A stretch of 62,255 bases of DNA from a bacterium (GCA_021802045.1 JAKABB010000004.1:1-62255), one strand, 5' to 3'. Positions 26,559 through 37,780 are shown, counted from the stretch's first letter. A program made the numbers and translations. The notes: generated from the letters alone by a model not told the origin.

Positions 26559-27578
26559 CTAGCGGTAGAAGACCCAGCGACTGGAGAGCTTCTTCTGGAC
26601 GATGGTGATCGCGAGCAAGATGACAAAGAGGATCAGGCTCATGGTGGCCGCCAGCGAGAAGTGCTGGTACGTGAAGGCGGTCTGGTAGATGAGGACGGCG
26701 TCGGTCGAGGTCGAGTAGGCTGGCCCGCCGCCTCGTCCCACCGCTCCTCCGGTGAGGGCGAAGATCTGGGAGAAGGCCTGCATGGTGTTGACGCTGACCA
26801 GGATCAGCACCAGAAATGTGGTCGGGCTGAGCAGGGGCCAGATCACGCGGCGAAAGAGGGCGAAGCCCCTGGCGCCGTCGACCCGGGCTGCCTCGACGAC
26901 CTGCTCGGGGATGACCAGGAGGCCGGCGAGGAAGAGGACCGTGTAGAGGCCGACGGAGTGCCAGAGCGTGTAGAGCATGACTGCGGGCATGGACCAGGCC
27001 GGGTCCTCCAGCCAGCCGAGGCGGGGCAGGCCCAGGTGGCTGAAGACGAAGTTGGCGAGACCGAACTGGGGATTGAAGATCCAGGCCCAGATGATCGAGG
27101 TGGCGATGATCGGCGTTACGTGCGGCAGGAAGATCAGGGAGCGAGCGAGCCCGCCCCGAGCCTGGCGGACGCCCTCCCGGAGGAGCAGCGCCAGTGCCAG
27201 GGCAACCAGCGTCGTCAGCGGCATCATCACCACCACGAAGTAGGCGGTGGTGAGCAGTGACTGCCAGTACAGGGGCTGGTTGAAGAGCACGGCGAAGTTT
27301 CCGAAGCCGCGGAAGGTGGTGGTCCCGAAGACGTTCCAGTGGTAGAACGCGAGAGCGAAGAGCAGAGCCGCCGGCAGGTAGAAGAAGATGACGAAGACGG
27401 CCAGGGACGGGAGCACGAGCAGGTATCCCAGCACGGGCCGGACGAGGGTCGTCACCCGTCCCCTGCCGCGATGAAGCGCGAAGGGCCCGCCCGGCCTCCT
27501 CGCCAGATGGGGGGGCACCACGGAGCGGTCAATCGCGAGGCGCTCCGCGTGGCGGCGGGGGCTCGTCTCCGACGTCAT
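26559..27578 (-). CDS. ABC transporter permease (MalF/UgpA-like)
   Basis: Multi-TM protein. The loop reads VIPEQVVEAARVDGARGFALFRRVIWPLL. ATGA overlap with the ATPase gene. Confidence 0.85.
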   Translation of the reverse strand: MTSETSPRRHAERLAIDRSVVPPHLARRPGGPFALHRGRGRVTTLVRPVLGYLLVLPSLAVFVIFFYLPAALLFALAFYHWNVFGTTTFRGFGNFAVLFNQPLYWQSLLTTAYFVVVMMPLTTLVALALALLLREGVRQARGGLARSLIFLPHVTPIIATSIIWAWIFNPQFGLANFVFSHLGLPRLGWLEDPAWSMPAVMLYTLWHSVGLYTVLFLAGLLVIPEQVVEAARVDGARGFALFRRVIWPLLSPTTFLVLILVSVNTMQAFSQIFALTGGAVGRGGGPAYSTSTDAVLIYQTAFTYQHFSLAATMSLILFVILLAITIVQKKLSSRWVFYR

Positions 27579-28753
27579 CCGTGCCGGCGCCCCTGCTGCA
27601 CGACGTCAGCCGCCAGCGACCCAGCGACAGCCCCGTTGGAGTTGGGAGCGGCGGTGGCGGCGGGCCACCGGATGCCGGTGCCAGCGTCGAACAGATGGAC
27701 TCGATCGGAGCGGAGCGTCAGGTCGACGACCCCGCCGGTCCGCGGGATCCGCTGGCCGGTGGCGACACGGACCACCAGGCCCTGGTCGCGATGGCGACAG
27801 TGCAGGAGCACGTCGTCGCCGGTTCCGGCTTCGACCACGTCAAGGGTCGCGGTGAGATCGGCCGTCTCGCCCGGACCGGTGAGGCGCAGATCGTGGGGTC
27901 GCACCCCGATCCAGACATCGATCGGACCGGCGGCAGCCCGGCGCCACGGGCCCGGGACTGTCCACCGAAGGCCCGAGCCATCGCTTACCAGCGCATCCCC
28001 CGTGCCGTCAATGGTCATCGATGCCCGCCAGACGTTCATCGGCGGCTGGCCGACGAAGCGGGCGACGAACGCCGTCCGCGGGTGGCGGACGATCTCGCCG
28101 GGAGTGCCGACCTGCTCGGCCCGCCCGCCGTTCATCACCATGACCCGGTCGGACATGCTGGTGGCCTCCCTCTGGTCATGGGTGACGTAGATGGTGGTGA
28201 TGCCCAGACGGTCATGGAAGCGCCGGAGCTCGATGCGCATCCGCTCCCGCAGGACGGCATCGAGATTCGAGAGGGGCTCGTCCATCAGGAGCAGGTGCGG
28301 GCGGCGCATGATGGCCCGGCCCAGCGCGACGCGCTGCCGTTGGCCTCCCGACAGCTGCTTGGGTCTGCGGTGGAGCAGGGCCTGCAGGTCGAGGAGGGTC
28401 GCAACCTCTGCGACGCGGGTCTGCACCTCGGTGCGGCGGACATGGCGGACCCGCAGCCCGAAGGCCAGATTCTCGCTGACCGAGAGATGGGGATAGAGCG
28501 CATAGTTCTGGAAGACCATGCCGACGTCGCGCGCTCCCGGGTCGCTGTCGGTCACACGCCGGTCCCCGAACCAGACATCGCCGCTGTCGGGTCGGTCCAG
28601 ACCGGCGAGGATGCGTAGGAGAGTGGTCTTGCCGCAGCCCGATGGGCCGACCATGGTGAAGAACTCCCCGTCGGCGATGTCGATGGTGAGGTCGGTCACC
28701 GCAGCCGCGTCGGCGAAGCGCTTGCTCACTGCATCCAGGCGCACCATGACCAT
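27575..28753 (-). CDS. ABC transporter ATP-binding protein (MalK/UgpC-like)
   Basis: Walker A GPSGCGKTT, signature LSGGQRQRVALGRA, Walker B LLLMDEPLSNLD. Start at MVMVRLDAV (28753), with GGAGG upstream. The rest of ORF 27575..29611 is non-coding-like. Confidence 0.9.
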   Translation of the reverse strand: MVMVRLDAVSKRFADAAAVTDLTIDIADGEFFTMVGPSGCGKTTLLRILAGLDRPDSGDVWFGDRRVTDSDPGARDVGMVFQNYALYPHLSVSENLAFGLRVRHVRRTEVQTRVAEVATLLDLQALLHRRPKQLSGGQRQRVALGRAIMRRPHLLLMDEPLSNLDAVLRERMRIELRRFHDRLGITTIYVTHDQREATSMSDRVMVMNGGRAEQVGTPGEIVRHPRTAFVARFVGQPPMNVWRASMTIDGTGDALVSDGSGLRWTVPGPWRRAAAGPIDVWIGVRPHDLRLTGPGETADLTATLDVVEAGTGDDVLLHCRHRDQGLVVRVATGQRIPRTGGVVDLTLRSDRVHLFDAGTGIRWPAATAAPNSNGAVAGSLAADVVQQGRRHG

Positions 28754-29143
28754 CGGGGCTGCCTCCGTGACCGTGCACTGCTGCTGACGTCCACAGTCTG
28801 CGGGGGCTGGGTTAAGGGGGAGGGAAGCGGGGGTTAGTGAGGAGTTAACAGGACGGACGGACATCTGGTGTAGCGTGGCCGGGCGTGTACCGGAGGACTG
28901 GGGCGGCCACTGGACGGCGGCCCACGGACGGCGGCGCCGACGGGCGAGGTTGGGCGAAGGGCATGGACCCCGCCGGGTTGCGAGGTGGTGGTGTGCGCCA
29001 CCCGGGCGCAGCGAGAAGGCGCGGATGGGCAGGCTGCGGCGGGTCGCGCCGGAGGATTGGATGGATGGTGCCTGGCGGGCGGCAGGTCGATGTGGGGCGG
29101 GACCGCGACCGTGGCCCGTGGAGAAGGGCAGGAGGTGCGAGTG

Positions 29144-29938
29144 ATGTCCGGTGACTCCGTGGCCGCGACGGTGGACGGGGGCCTGCCGGCGTCCCGCGCG
29201 GCGCGGGTTGCTGCGGGATCCGAGCGCGACGAGTTGGCCCGGCGCGCTGGTGTTCGCGAGGTGGTCTTCGGTGTGCAGGATGGACTGCTCACGACGCTGG
29301 GCTTGACCACGGGAGTGGCGACGGCCACCGCCGGTGCGGCCGTGGCCCACACCACGATCCTGATCGCGGGTCTCGTCGGGGCATTGGCAGGGATGGTCTC
29401 CATGGGCAGCGGGGCATACCTGGCGACGGGTGCGGAGCGAGACCTGCTGCGGGCGGCCATCCGCAAGGAGCGGCAGGAGCTCAGGAGCCAGCCCCTTGAG
29501 GAGCACCGGGAGATGGTGGCGATCCTGACGGACCGAGGTGTGCCCGCGGACGAGGCGGAGAGGCTGTCCGGGACGCTGGCCAAGTACCCGCGACTCTGGG
29601 AGGAGACTCACATCGAGAAGGAGCTGGGGATCTCGAGCGAGCTCGAGGAGAGCCCGCTACGGGACGGCGCTGCCATGGCGGCTGCCTTCGTTGTGGGTGC
29701 CATCGGCCCAGTGCTGCCATACGTCTTCATCAACGGCCTGGCCGCGGTGCTGGCCTCGCTGGCCGTCTCCGCGGTGGTGCTGCTGGGCGTGGGAATGGGG
29801 AAGGCCCGGGTCGTCGGGCAGCATGTACTGCTCGGTGGGGCGCAGGTTCTCGGCGTGGGGGCGGTGGCTGCTCTGGCGGGCTATGTCCTCGGAGTGCTGC
29901 TGCCCCACACCTTCGGTCTGCGCCTGCCCCCAACGTGA
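29144..29938 (+). CDS. VIT1/CCC1-family iron/manganese transporter
   Basis: VFGVQDGLLTTLGLTTGVA, a helical ferritin-like middle region, and C-terminal TM helices. ATG 29144 is preceded by GGCAGGAGG. Confidence 0.75.
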   Translation: MSGDSVAATVDGGLPASRAARVAAGSERDELARRAGVREVVFGVQDGLLTTLGLTTGVATATAGAAVAHTTILIAGLVGALAGMVSMGSGAYLATGAERDLLRAAIRKERQELRSQPLEEHREMVAILTDRGVPADEAERLSGTLAKYPRLWEETHIEKELGISSELEESPLRDGAAMAAAFVVGAIGPVLPYVFINGLAAVLASLAVSAVVLLGVGMGKARVVGQHVLLGGAQVLGVGAVAALAGYVLGVLLPHTFGLRLPPT

Positions 29939-30186
29939 GGGGAGCGTGAGGCTCCACAGGGGTCGGCGGCGGCAGGGGCTGGACTGGGGTGGCGCCAGCG
30001 CGTGCCGGCAGGGGTGGGGCGGCGATCGAGGCGCGGGCCCCACCACCCGGGTCCGGCGGTGCCGTCGCTGCAGCAGCAGCCTCGGCGACGGACCGGAGGC
30101 GCCCCGGCCGGGTGCGTCGGCGCTGGGGGCCTGTCAGCCGGTCCGGGCCGGGGTGGGACCCCGCGACGCCATCCGCTCCAGACGGA

Positions 30187-31422
30187 TCAGACGGGCCCCG
30201 GTCGGGGGTCCGGGGGCGAGGGGCTCGGCACGACCGGCTCCCCCCCGCGCCAGACCCGCCGCGGGCGCAGTCCCAGGGCCCAGGCGAAGGCCCCTTCGTG
30301 GTCGGCGTCCCACAGGACGAGGTCGCCGAGCTGCCCCGGTGCCACCGTCCCCCGGTCGGGCAGGCGCAGGGACTGCGCGCCCCCGGCGGTGGCCGCCCGG
30401 AGGGCCTCCGTCACCGACAGCCCCAGGTCGAGGACGGCCAGCCCCACGACCAGGCTCATGCTGGTGATGCCTGAGGTCCCCGGGTTGTGGTCGGTGGCCA
30501 GGGCCAGGGTGACGCCGGCCGCCTGCAGGAGTCGGGCCGGGGGGCGCTGGTGCATCGCCAGGGCGGTGACCGGGGCCAGGGTGGCGACCACGCCGGCCGC
30601 CGCGAGGCGGTGCGCGTCCTCCGCCGTGACCCGGAGCAGGTGATCGGCGGAGTCGGCGCCGAGCTCCGCGGCCAGCTCGGCGCCCCCCGTCCGCTCCAGC
30701 TCGTCGGCGTGGATCCGCAGGCGCAGCCCGGCCGCGCGCCCCGCGCGCAGGATGCGCCGGCTCTCCGCCACCGTGAAGGCGCCGGCGTCGCAGAAGACGT
30801 CGCAGGCCCGGGCCCCGGCGGCGGCCGCGGCCGGGGCCCAGTCGGCGACGGCCTGGACGTAGGCCGAGCGCCCGCCGGGCCAGTCGGCGGGGACGCCGTG
30901 AGCCCCGAGGTAGGTGGCCACCACCCGGGGCAGGCCTGGCGCGCCGTCCAGGGCGCGCAGGCAGTCCAGGGCCCAGAGCTCACCCTGACGCTCCAGGTGA
31001 TATCCCGTCTTGGCCTCCACCGTGGTGGTGCCCTCGCGCAGCCACCGGCCTAGCCGCGCCGCCACCAGGGTCGCCAGCGTCGCCGGCGCCTCGGCGCGGG
31101 TGGCGGCCACGGTGGCGGCGATGCCGCCGCCCGCCGCCGCCAGCTCGGCGTAGGAGGCCCCAGCGGTCCGCCGGGCGATCTCTGCCAGGCGGGCGCCTGC
31201 GTAGACCGGGTGGGTGTGGGCGTCGATCAGCCCGGCGGTGAGCAGCGCCCCGTCGCAGTCCTCCTCCAGCACCGGCCGGCCGCGCGGCGCCGCCGGCGGC
31301 CGGGCGCCGTCCGGCCCCACCCAGGCGATGCGGCCGTCGTCACCCACGGCCACGGCGGCGTGCTCGATGACGCCAGCCCCGGTGCCGGTGAAGCAGCGGC
31401 CGACGCCGCGCAGCACCCTCAT
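30187..31422 (-). CDS. hutI: imidazolonepropionase
   Basis: GLIDAHTHPVYAG, IHADEL and the TDHNPG amidohydrolase motifs. ATGA overlap with hutF. Confidence 0.85.
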   Translation of the reverse strand: MRVLRGVGRCFTGTGAGVIEHAAVAVGDDGRIAWVGPDGARPPAAPRGRPVLEEDCDGALLTAGLIDAHTHPVYAGARLAEIARRTAGASYAELAAAGGGIAATVAATRAEAPATLATLVAARLGRWLREGTTTVEAKTGYHLERQGELWALDCLRALDGAPGLPRVVATYLGAHGVPADWPGGRSAYVQAVADWAPAAAAAGARACDVFCDAGAFTVAESRRILRAGRAAGLRLRIHADELERTGGAELAAELGADSADHLLRVTAEDAHRLAAAGVVATLAPVTALAMHQRPPARLLQAAGVTLALATDHNPGTSGITSMSLVVGLAVLDLGLSVTEALRAATAGGAQSLRLPDRGTVAPGQLGDLVLWDADHEGAFAWALGLRPRRVWRGGEPVVPSPSPPDPRPGPV

Positions 31423-32756
31423 CCGCTCTCCCGGAGGGGGGACAGGGCCGCGGCCAGGGACGGTCCCACCGGTCCCAGGGCCAGGTGCTGGCCGTCCACC
31501 ACCACCGGCTCGCCCCCGACCACCACCGTGCGGACGTCGGCGGCGGTGGCGGCGAAGACCGCGTGGGCGGCGGCGTCGGACGGGCGCAGCCCGGCCAGGC
31601 GGGGCGAGTCGAGGTCCACCGTGATGAAGTCCGCCAGCCGGCCGGGCTCCAAGCGGCCCGCGTCCCAGCCCAAGGCCCGCATGCCGCCCGCGGTTGCGGC
31701 CTCCAGCAGTCGCTCGGGGGGGTGGAGCCCGCGACGCTCCGTGGCCAGCCGCTCGTCGAGCTCGACGGCGCGGGCCTCCTCGAAGAGGTCGATGACAGCG
31801 TGACTGTCGCTGCCCAGGCAGAGCGGGCTGCCAGCCCGCCAGAGGGCCCGGGCGCCGCCGATCCCGTCACCGAGCTCCCGCTCGGTGGTGGGGCAGAGGC
31901 AGATCGCGGTCCGGGTCCCCCCCAGCAGGGCCCGATCCTCCTCGGTCAGGTGGGTCGCGTGCACGGCCGTCGTGCCTGGGCCCAGCACGCCTGCCTCGGC
32001 CGCCAGCTGCGCGGGGGTGTGGCCGGTCGCGCGGAGGCACTGCTCGTTCTCCTGCCGCTGCTCCGACAGGTGCAGGTGCAGCGGCGCCCGCCGGGCCGCC
32101 GCCCAGCCGGCGACGGCCGCCATGCCGGCGGGGTCGACCGCCCGCACGCTGTGGATCGCGGCCCCGACGCGAACGCGGTCCGAGCCGCGCAGGGTGCCCG
32201 CTCGCGCGCTCCAGCGCTCCACCGAGCCGTCGCTGAAGCGCAGCATCGGCTCAGCCAGGGGGGCGGGCTCGAACCCGGCCCGCAGGTAGCAGGTGTCGAG
32301 CAGGGTGAGGCGGAGGCCGGCCGCCTCCGCGGCGGCGGTGAGGGCCTCGCCCATGGCGTTGGGCCGGTCGTACGGTCGTCCCCCGGCGCCGTGGTGCAGG
32401 TAGTGGAACTCGCCGACCGCCGTGACCCCCGCCAGCACCATCTCCTGATAGGTGGCTCGGGCCAGCAGGAAGTAGCGGTCGGGGTCGAGCTGACCCGCGA
32501 CGGCGTACATCCGGTCCCGCCAGCTCCAGAAGTCGCCGGCCTCGGACTCGGTGGCGCCGCGCAGGGCACGGTGGAAGGCGTGGGAGTGGGCGTTGGCCAG
32601 GCCGGGCAGGGTGAGCCCGGGCAGGGGGCGACCGGGGGTGCCCGGCGAAACCCCCGGCGTCACGCGGGCGATCCGGCCGTCCTCGACCTCGATGAGCACC
32701 CGCTCCGCGGCCCGCCCGATCCAGGCGAGCTCCGCCAGCCACCGCGACCCGGCCAC
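31419..32756 (-). CDS. hutF: formimidoylglutamate deiminase
   Basis: LPGLANAHSHAFHRALRG, HLHLSEQ, CLCPTTERELGDG. Position between hutU and hutI. Confidence 0.8.
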   Translation of the reverse strand: MAGSRWLAELAWIGRAAERVLIEVEDGRIARVTPGVSPGTPGRPLPGLTLPGLANAHSHAFHRALRGATESEAGDFWSWRDRMYAVAGQLDPDRYFLLARATYQEMVLAGVTAVGEFHYLHHGAGGRPYDRPNAMGEALTAAAEAAGLRLTLLDTCYLRAGFEPAPLAEPMLRFSDGSVERWSARAGTLRGSDRVRVGAAIHSVRAVDPAGMAAVAGWAAARRAPLHLHLSEQRQENEQCLRATGHTPAQLAAEAGVLGPGTTAVHATHLTEEDRALLGGTRTAICLCPTTERELGDGIGGARALWRAGSPLCLGSDSHAVIDLFEEARAVELDERLATERRGLHPPERLLEAATAGGMRALGWDAGRLEPGRLADFITVDLDSPRLAGLRPSDAAAHAVFAATAADVRTVVVGGEPVVVDGQHLALGPVGPSLAAALSPLRESG

Positions 32757-32766
32757 CCGGGAGCCC

Positions 32767-34452
32767 TCAGCCCTCAGGCAGCATGGGCAGGGTGAGCTGC
32801 TTGGCCCGGGCCACCGTCCGCGCCCCTTCGTAGCCGGCGTCGGCGTGCCGCATCACCCCGCTGCCGGGGTCATTGGTGAGCACCCGCTCCAGCTTGCGGT
32901 CGGCCAAGGGGGTGCCGTCGGCGACCACGACCACCCCGGCGTGGATCGAGCGGCCGATCCCCACCCCGCCGCCGTGGTGGACGCTGACCCAGGTGGCGCC
33001 GCTGGCGGTGTTTAGCAGGGCGTTGAGGATCGGCCAGTCGGCGATGGCGTCGCTGCCGTCGGCCATGGCCTCCGTCTCCCGATAGGGGGACGCCACCGAG
33101 CCGGTGTCGAGGTGGTCCCGGCCGATCACGATCGGGGCCCGGAGCTCGCCGCTGCGGACCATGGCGTTGAAGCGGAGCCCGAGCCGATCTCGCTCGCCCA
33201 GCCCCAGCCAGCAGATGCGTGCCGGCAGGCCCTGGAAGGCCACCCGCTCGGACGCCATCGCGATCCACCGGTGCAGCGCCGGGTTGTCCGGGAAGGTCTC
33301 GAGGACGGCCTGGTCGGTGGCGGCGATGTCGGCGGGGTCCCCGCTCAGCGCCGCCCAGCGGAAGGGGCCGCGCCCCTCGCAGAAGAGAGGCCGGATGTAG
33401 GCGGGGACGAAGCCGGGATAGGCGAAGGCGTTGGCCAGGCCTCCGACGCGGGCTTCGGTGCGCAGGCTGTTGCCGTAGTCGAAGACCTCGGCGCCGCGGT
33501 CCTGGAGGGCGATGAGGGCGGCCACGTGGCGCACCATGCTGGCCCGGGCCTGCCGCACGTACTCCGCCGGGTCCTCCAGGCGCAGGTCGGTCGCCTCGTC
33601 CAGCGTCAGCCCGGTGGGCAGGTACATGAGCGCGTCGTGGGCCGGGGTCTGGTCGGTGGCGACATCGACCGGGAACCCCTCGGCGACCAGCTGGGGCAGG
33701 ACCTCGGCCGCGTTGCCGAGGACGCCGATGGAGAGGGGGCGGCGCTCCGCCCGCGCCTCCAGAGCCAGCTGGCGAGCGGTGGCCAGGTCGGGCGCCACCA
33801 CGTCCAGGTAGCGGTGGGCCAGGCGGCGTTCGATGCGCTGCGGATCGATCTCCACGCACAGGGCGACCCCGCCGTTCATGGTCACGGCCAGCGGCTGCGC
33901 CCCCCCCATCCCGCCGAGCCCGGCGGTCACGGTGATCGTCCCCGCCAGCGAGCCGCCGAAGCGCTTGGCGGCGACGGCGGCGAACGTCTCGTAGGTGCCC
34001 TGGAGGATGCCCTGGGTACCGATGTAGATCCAGGAGCCGGCCGTCATCTGGCCGTACATCGTCAGCCCCAGGTCCTCCAGGCGGCGGAACTCCTCGGCCG
34101 TGGCCCAGTCCGGGACCAGGAGGGCGTTGGCGATCAGCACCCGGGGCGCCCACTCGTGGGTGCGGAAGACCCCCACCGGCTTGCCGGACTGGACCAGGAG
34201 GGTCTCGTCGTCGCCCAGGCGCCGCAGGCTGGCCACGATGGCGTCGAACGCCTCCCACGAGCGGGCCGCCCGCCCGCTCCCCCCGTAGACCACCAGGTCG
34301 TCGGGCCGCTCGGCGACCTCGGGGTCCAGGTTGTTCATCAGCATCCGCAGCGCCGCCTCCTGGGGCCAGGCCCGACAGCTGAGCTCCGGCCCCCGGGGGG
34401 CGCGCACCGGACGGGGGCCGCTACGGGGTGTGTGGGCGGGAGGGATGGGCAC
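32767..34452 (-). CDS. hutU: urocanate hydratase
   Basis: 561 aa. [23 protein letters not shown] and HHGGGVGIG, all characteristic of urocanase. Confidence 0.9.
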   Translation of the reverse strand: MPIPPAHTPRSGPRPVRAPRGPELSCRAWPQEAALRMLMNNLDPEVAERPDDLVVYGGSGRAARSWEAFDAIVASLRRLGDDETLLVQSGKPVGVFRTHEWAPRVLIANALLVPDWATAEEFRRLEDLGLTMYGQMTAGSWIYIGTQGILQGTYETFAAVAAKRFGGSLAGTITVTAGLGGMGGAQPLAVTMNGGVALCVEIDPQRIERRLAHRYLDVVAPDLATARQLALEARAERRPLSIGVLGNAAEVLPQLVAEGFPVDVATDQTPAHDALMYLPTGLTLDEATDLRLEDPAEYVRQARASMVRHVAALIALQDRGAEVFDYGNSLRTEARVGGLANAFAYPGFVPAYIRPLFCEGRGPFRWAALSGDPADIAATDQAVLETFPDNPALHRWIAMASERVAFQGLPARICWLGLGERDRLGLRFNAMVRSGELRAPIVIGRDHLDTGSVASPYRETEAMADGSDAIADWPILNALLNTASGATWVSVHHGGGVGIGRSIHAGVVVVADGTPLADRKLERVLTNDPGSGVMRHADAGYEGARTVARAKQLTLPMLPEG

Positions 34453-34932
34453 GGGCGGTTCCTCTGGCGGTGGCGACGATGCACATGGTGGCGGGTGGAG
34501 GAGCGGCGCGGCATGCGCGGACGCGATCAGCAGCCGCCAGCCTGGCGGGGCGGGGGGGGGCGGCCCGGGCCTGATCGGGCAGCGGCGAGGGCGGGGAGCC
34601 CAGCCGATGCAGGCTCATCCCACTCCCCCTCTCCGCCTGGAGGCCGAGCCCAAGCCTCTCCGAGGGCGGTGGCTCACCACGCCAGAGGCGCAGCGGCCTG
34701 ACCGCTTGACACCCGGGGGCTGCGGCCATAATCTCGACTGCATAAATCCAATCATATCCATTGAGGCATGTATGTCTGCCACAGGCGACAGAGCGTGACA
34801 CCGGACGCGGGCGGGCGGGCGACCGATGTCCGCTCATCGCCGGTCTCGGCGGTGTCCGGCCGGCTTCGGTCCGGGGCGCCCGCCAGAGCGGAAGCCGGCC
34901 GGGCGCCGGACCCCGGCGCAGCGGCGGCCGAG

Positions 34933-35754
34933 ATGGTCCGTCTCTTCAGCCTTCACCGCCTGACCCCGGCGCAGCGACGGATCGCCCAGTGCCTGATCGA
35001 TCAAGGGGCGGGCGCGGCCTTTCTCTCCAGCACCGAGGTGGCCGGGTTGGCGGGGGTCAGCCAACCTTCGATCACCCGCTTTGCGGTGGCCCTTGGCTTC
35101 ACCGGATACCCCGCCTTGCGTCGGCAACTGCGCGCGGGCGACGTCGACCCGACACGGTCCGGTGCCGCCAGGCCGCGCCTGAGCGTGCTCCAGGATGCCA
35201 TTGGCGCGGAGATCACCAATCTTCGGGTGCTCCAGACGCAGATGGCCGATGACACCGGCGTCCGCGCGGCCGCCGAGGCGCTGATGGCCTCGCGCCCGGT
35301 CGTGGTCCTGGGTCTGCGCGCGGCCTGCGGCTTGGCGCTCTATTTCACCTACTTCGCGGCCAAGATCCATCCGGACGTTCGGCTCATCACCGAAGGCGGC
35401 AGCCGCGTCGAGGATCGACTGGAGCAGGCCCGGCACGCCGGTGGGACCTGCGCCCTGTCCTTCGTGCTGCCGCGGTACGCGCGTGACGCTGTCACCGCCC
35501 TGGCAGCGGCGCGAGCGCTGGGGTTCCAGACCATCACCGTTTGCGACCGGGAGCTAAGCCCGGTCACCACGCTCAGCGACCTGCTGCTGGTGGCCGCCGT
35601 GGGCACCCGGCTGGTCTTCGACTCGCAGGTTGCACCGATGACCCTCTCCGCCATCCTGCTGCAGGCGATGTGCGACTCGAGCCCGAAGCAGACGCAGGCC
35701 CGCTTGGAGAGCTTCGAGACCGCAGCCACGGCCCGTCGGCTCTTCGCCAGCTGA
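34933..35754 (+). CDS. MurR/RpiR-family transcriptional regulator (HTH plus SIS domain)
   Basis: LTPAQRRIAQCLIDQGAGAAFLSSTEVAGLAGVSQPSITRFAVALGFTGYPALRRQL, followed by an SIS-like domain. ATG 34933 inside ORF 34768..35754. Confidence 0.8.
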   Translation: MVRLFSLHRLTPAQRRIAQCLIDQGAGAAFLSSTEVAGLAGVSQPSITRFAVALGFTGYPALRRQLRAGDVDPTRSGAARPRLSVLQDAIGAEITNLRVLQTQMADDTGVRAAAEALMASRPVVVLGLRAACGLALYFTYFAAKIHPDVRLITEGGSRVEDRLEQARHAGGTCALSFVLPRYARDAVTALAAARALGFQTITVCDRELSPVTTLSDLLLVAAVGTRLVFDSQVAPMTLSAILLQAMCDSSPKQTQARLESFETAATARRLFAS

Positions 35755-35924
35755 GTGATGGACCGCGACCGATCCCATCTGAGACCCATTAAGTCCGAGG
35801 GCATGCTCCGTGCCGGCGGCGGCCACTGCCCTCCGACGACCACCGTACCGGGGCGGCGTCCCCGGAAGCCCGGCGCAGTGATCGCCGCCAGCAGCGCCAA
35901 CGCAGTGTAGACGGAGGAGCTTTC

Positions 35925-37760
35925 ATGCGCACCCTATGGCAGAGACGGCAGCGACTCGGCTCCCGTCGCCTCCCGATGCTGGCGGTCGCCGTGGTGATGC
36001 TCCTCCTGAGCGCGTGCAGCAGCGCGCCGACCGCCGCCCAACGACCCATTCGCGGAGGCACCGCCACCGTGGCTCTGCTCCCGCACATCACCCCCACCTA
36101 CATCTTCCCCCTTTTCCCGCCAGCCGACTACGTGCTGTCGGAGATCGGAGGCTTCACCTGGCTCCAATGGCGACCCCTGTACTGGTTCGGCAACCAGGGC
36201 AAGCCTCTCTTTAATCCCCAGCTGAGCCTGGCCTATCCGCCCGTCTTCTCCAATGGCGGCAGGACGGTGACCATCACCCTCAAGCCCTACCGGTGGTCGA
36301 ACGGGGCACCGGTGACCAGCCGCGACGTCCAGTTCTGGCTCAACTTGCTCATCGCCAACAAGAGCTCCTGGGCCGGGTACGTTCCCGGAGCATTCCCCGA
36401 CAACCTGGTGAGTGAGCGGTACATGTCCGCCACCAAGTTCAGCCTCACCTTCAACGCCGCCTACAATCAACACTGGCTCCTGTACAACGAGCTGGGACAG
36501 ATCACGCCGATCCCGCAGCGGGCGTGGGACAAGACGTCCAGTGGCGGCACGGTGGGAAACTACGATCTCTCCCACAGCGGAGCGGTCGCGGTGTACCACT
36601 TCCTCAACAAGGAGTCACTGTCCCTGGCCACGTGGGCGACCGACCCCTTGTGGCAGGTGGTGGATGGCCCCTGGAAGATCTCCAGTTACTCCCCAGCGAC
36701 AGGCCAGACGGCGCTGGTCGTCAACCAGCGCTACAGCGGGGTACGGCGGGGCCGGCTGACCAAGATCGAGTTCATCCCCTTCCAGAGCGAGGCCTCGGAG
36801 TTCGACGCCCTGCGCTCGGGACAGATCGACTACGGCTACCTGCCGGTGGCGGACCTGTCGCAGCAAGGCTACCTGGCAAGCCACGGGTTCAGCGTGCATC
36901 CTTGGATCCAGTTCGCCATGGGCTACATGCCCTTCAACTTCACCAATCCCACCGTGGGGCCGATGATCCACCAGCTCTACGTGCGGCAGGCGATGCAGCA
37001 CCTGATCAACGAGACGCAGTACATCCGCGATATCTACCATGGTCGCGCCTACCCCACCTATGGACCGGTTCCGGAACAGCCGGCCAGCCCGTACCTCAGC
37101 CCGCAGGCCCACCATGACCCCTATCCCTTCAGCGTGGCCGCCGCACAACAGCTCCTCAGCGCCAACGGGTGGCGGGTCCGTCCTGGACAGACCAGCACCT
37201 GCCAGCATCCTGGCACCGGCAGCCACGAGTGCGGCGCGGGCATTGCGGCCGGGACCGCGCTGAATTTCACCCTGCAGTACGCCTCGGGATCCAGCAGCCT
37301 GACGGCGGCGATGGAGACCCTGAAGTCCGACTTTTCGCAAGCGGGCATCCAGATCCAGTTGCAGAGCGAGCCGTACGCCTCACTGCTGGGGAATTTCACC
37401 TGCGACCGGGCCACCGGCAGCGGGTGCAAGTGGCAGATCGAGAACGAGGGCCTGGGCTGGAGCTACGGCCCGTACGATCCGTACCCTACGGGCGGCGAGA
37501 TCTTCGCCGGTGGGGCACCGTCAAACGTCGGCGGGTACAACAACCCGACCAACAACGCCAACATCGCTGCGTCCCACCTGGCCAACGGGCTGGGATCTCT
37601 TTATCGCTATGAGAACTTCGTGTCCCAGCAGCTGCCGGCACTCTGGGTGCCGATGCCCTACCGGCAAGTGTCGGTGATCCGCGACACCCTTCACGGGGCG
37701 CTGCCACAAGACCCCTACCTCAACCTGAATCCGGAGAACTGGTACTTCACCCACGCCTGA
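35925..37760 (+). CDS. ABC transporter substrate-binding lipoprotein, family 5 (peptide/nickel type), orphan
   Basis: Lipobox LLLSAC, 611 aa. The overall pattern is that of DppA/OppA-like binding proteins. No cognate permease or ATPase genes are adjacent. Confidence 0.75.
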   Translation: MRTLWQRRQRLGSRRLPMLAVAVVMLLLSACSSAPTAAQRPIRGGTATVALLPHITPTYIFPLFPPADYVLSEIGGFTWLQWRPLYWFGNQGKPLFNPQLSLAYPPVFSNGGRTVTITLKPYRWSNGAPVTSRDVQFWLNLLIANKSSWAGYVPGAFPDNLVSERYMSATKFSLTFNAAYNQHWLLYNELGQITPIPQRAWDKTSSGGTVGNYDLSHSGAVAVYHFLNKESLSLATWATDPLWQVVDGPWKISSYSPATGQTALVVNQRYSGVRRGRLTKIEFIPFQSEASEFDALRSGQIDYGYLPVADLSQQGYLASHGFSVHPWIQFAMGYMPFNFTNPTVGPMIHQLYVRQAMQHLINETQYIRDIYHGRAYPTYGPVPEQPASPYLSPQAHHDPYPFSVAAAQQLLSANGWRVRPGQTSTCQHPGTGSHECGAGIAAGTALNFTLQYASGSSSLTAAMETLKSDFSQAGIQIQLQSEPYASLLGNFTCDRATGSGCKWQIENEGLGWSYGPYDPYPTGGEIFAGGAPSNVGGYNNPTNNANIAASHLANGLGSLYRYENFVSQQLPALWVPMPYRQVSVIRDTLHGALPQDPYLNLNPENWYFTHA

Positions 37761-37780
37761 TCCGGACCGTGTCCCTGGTC

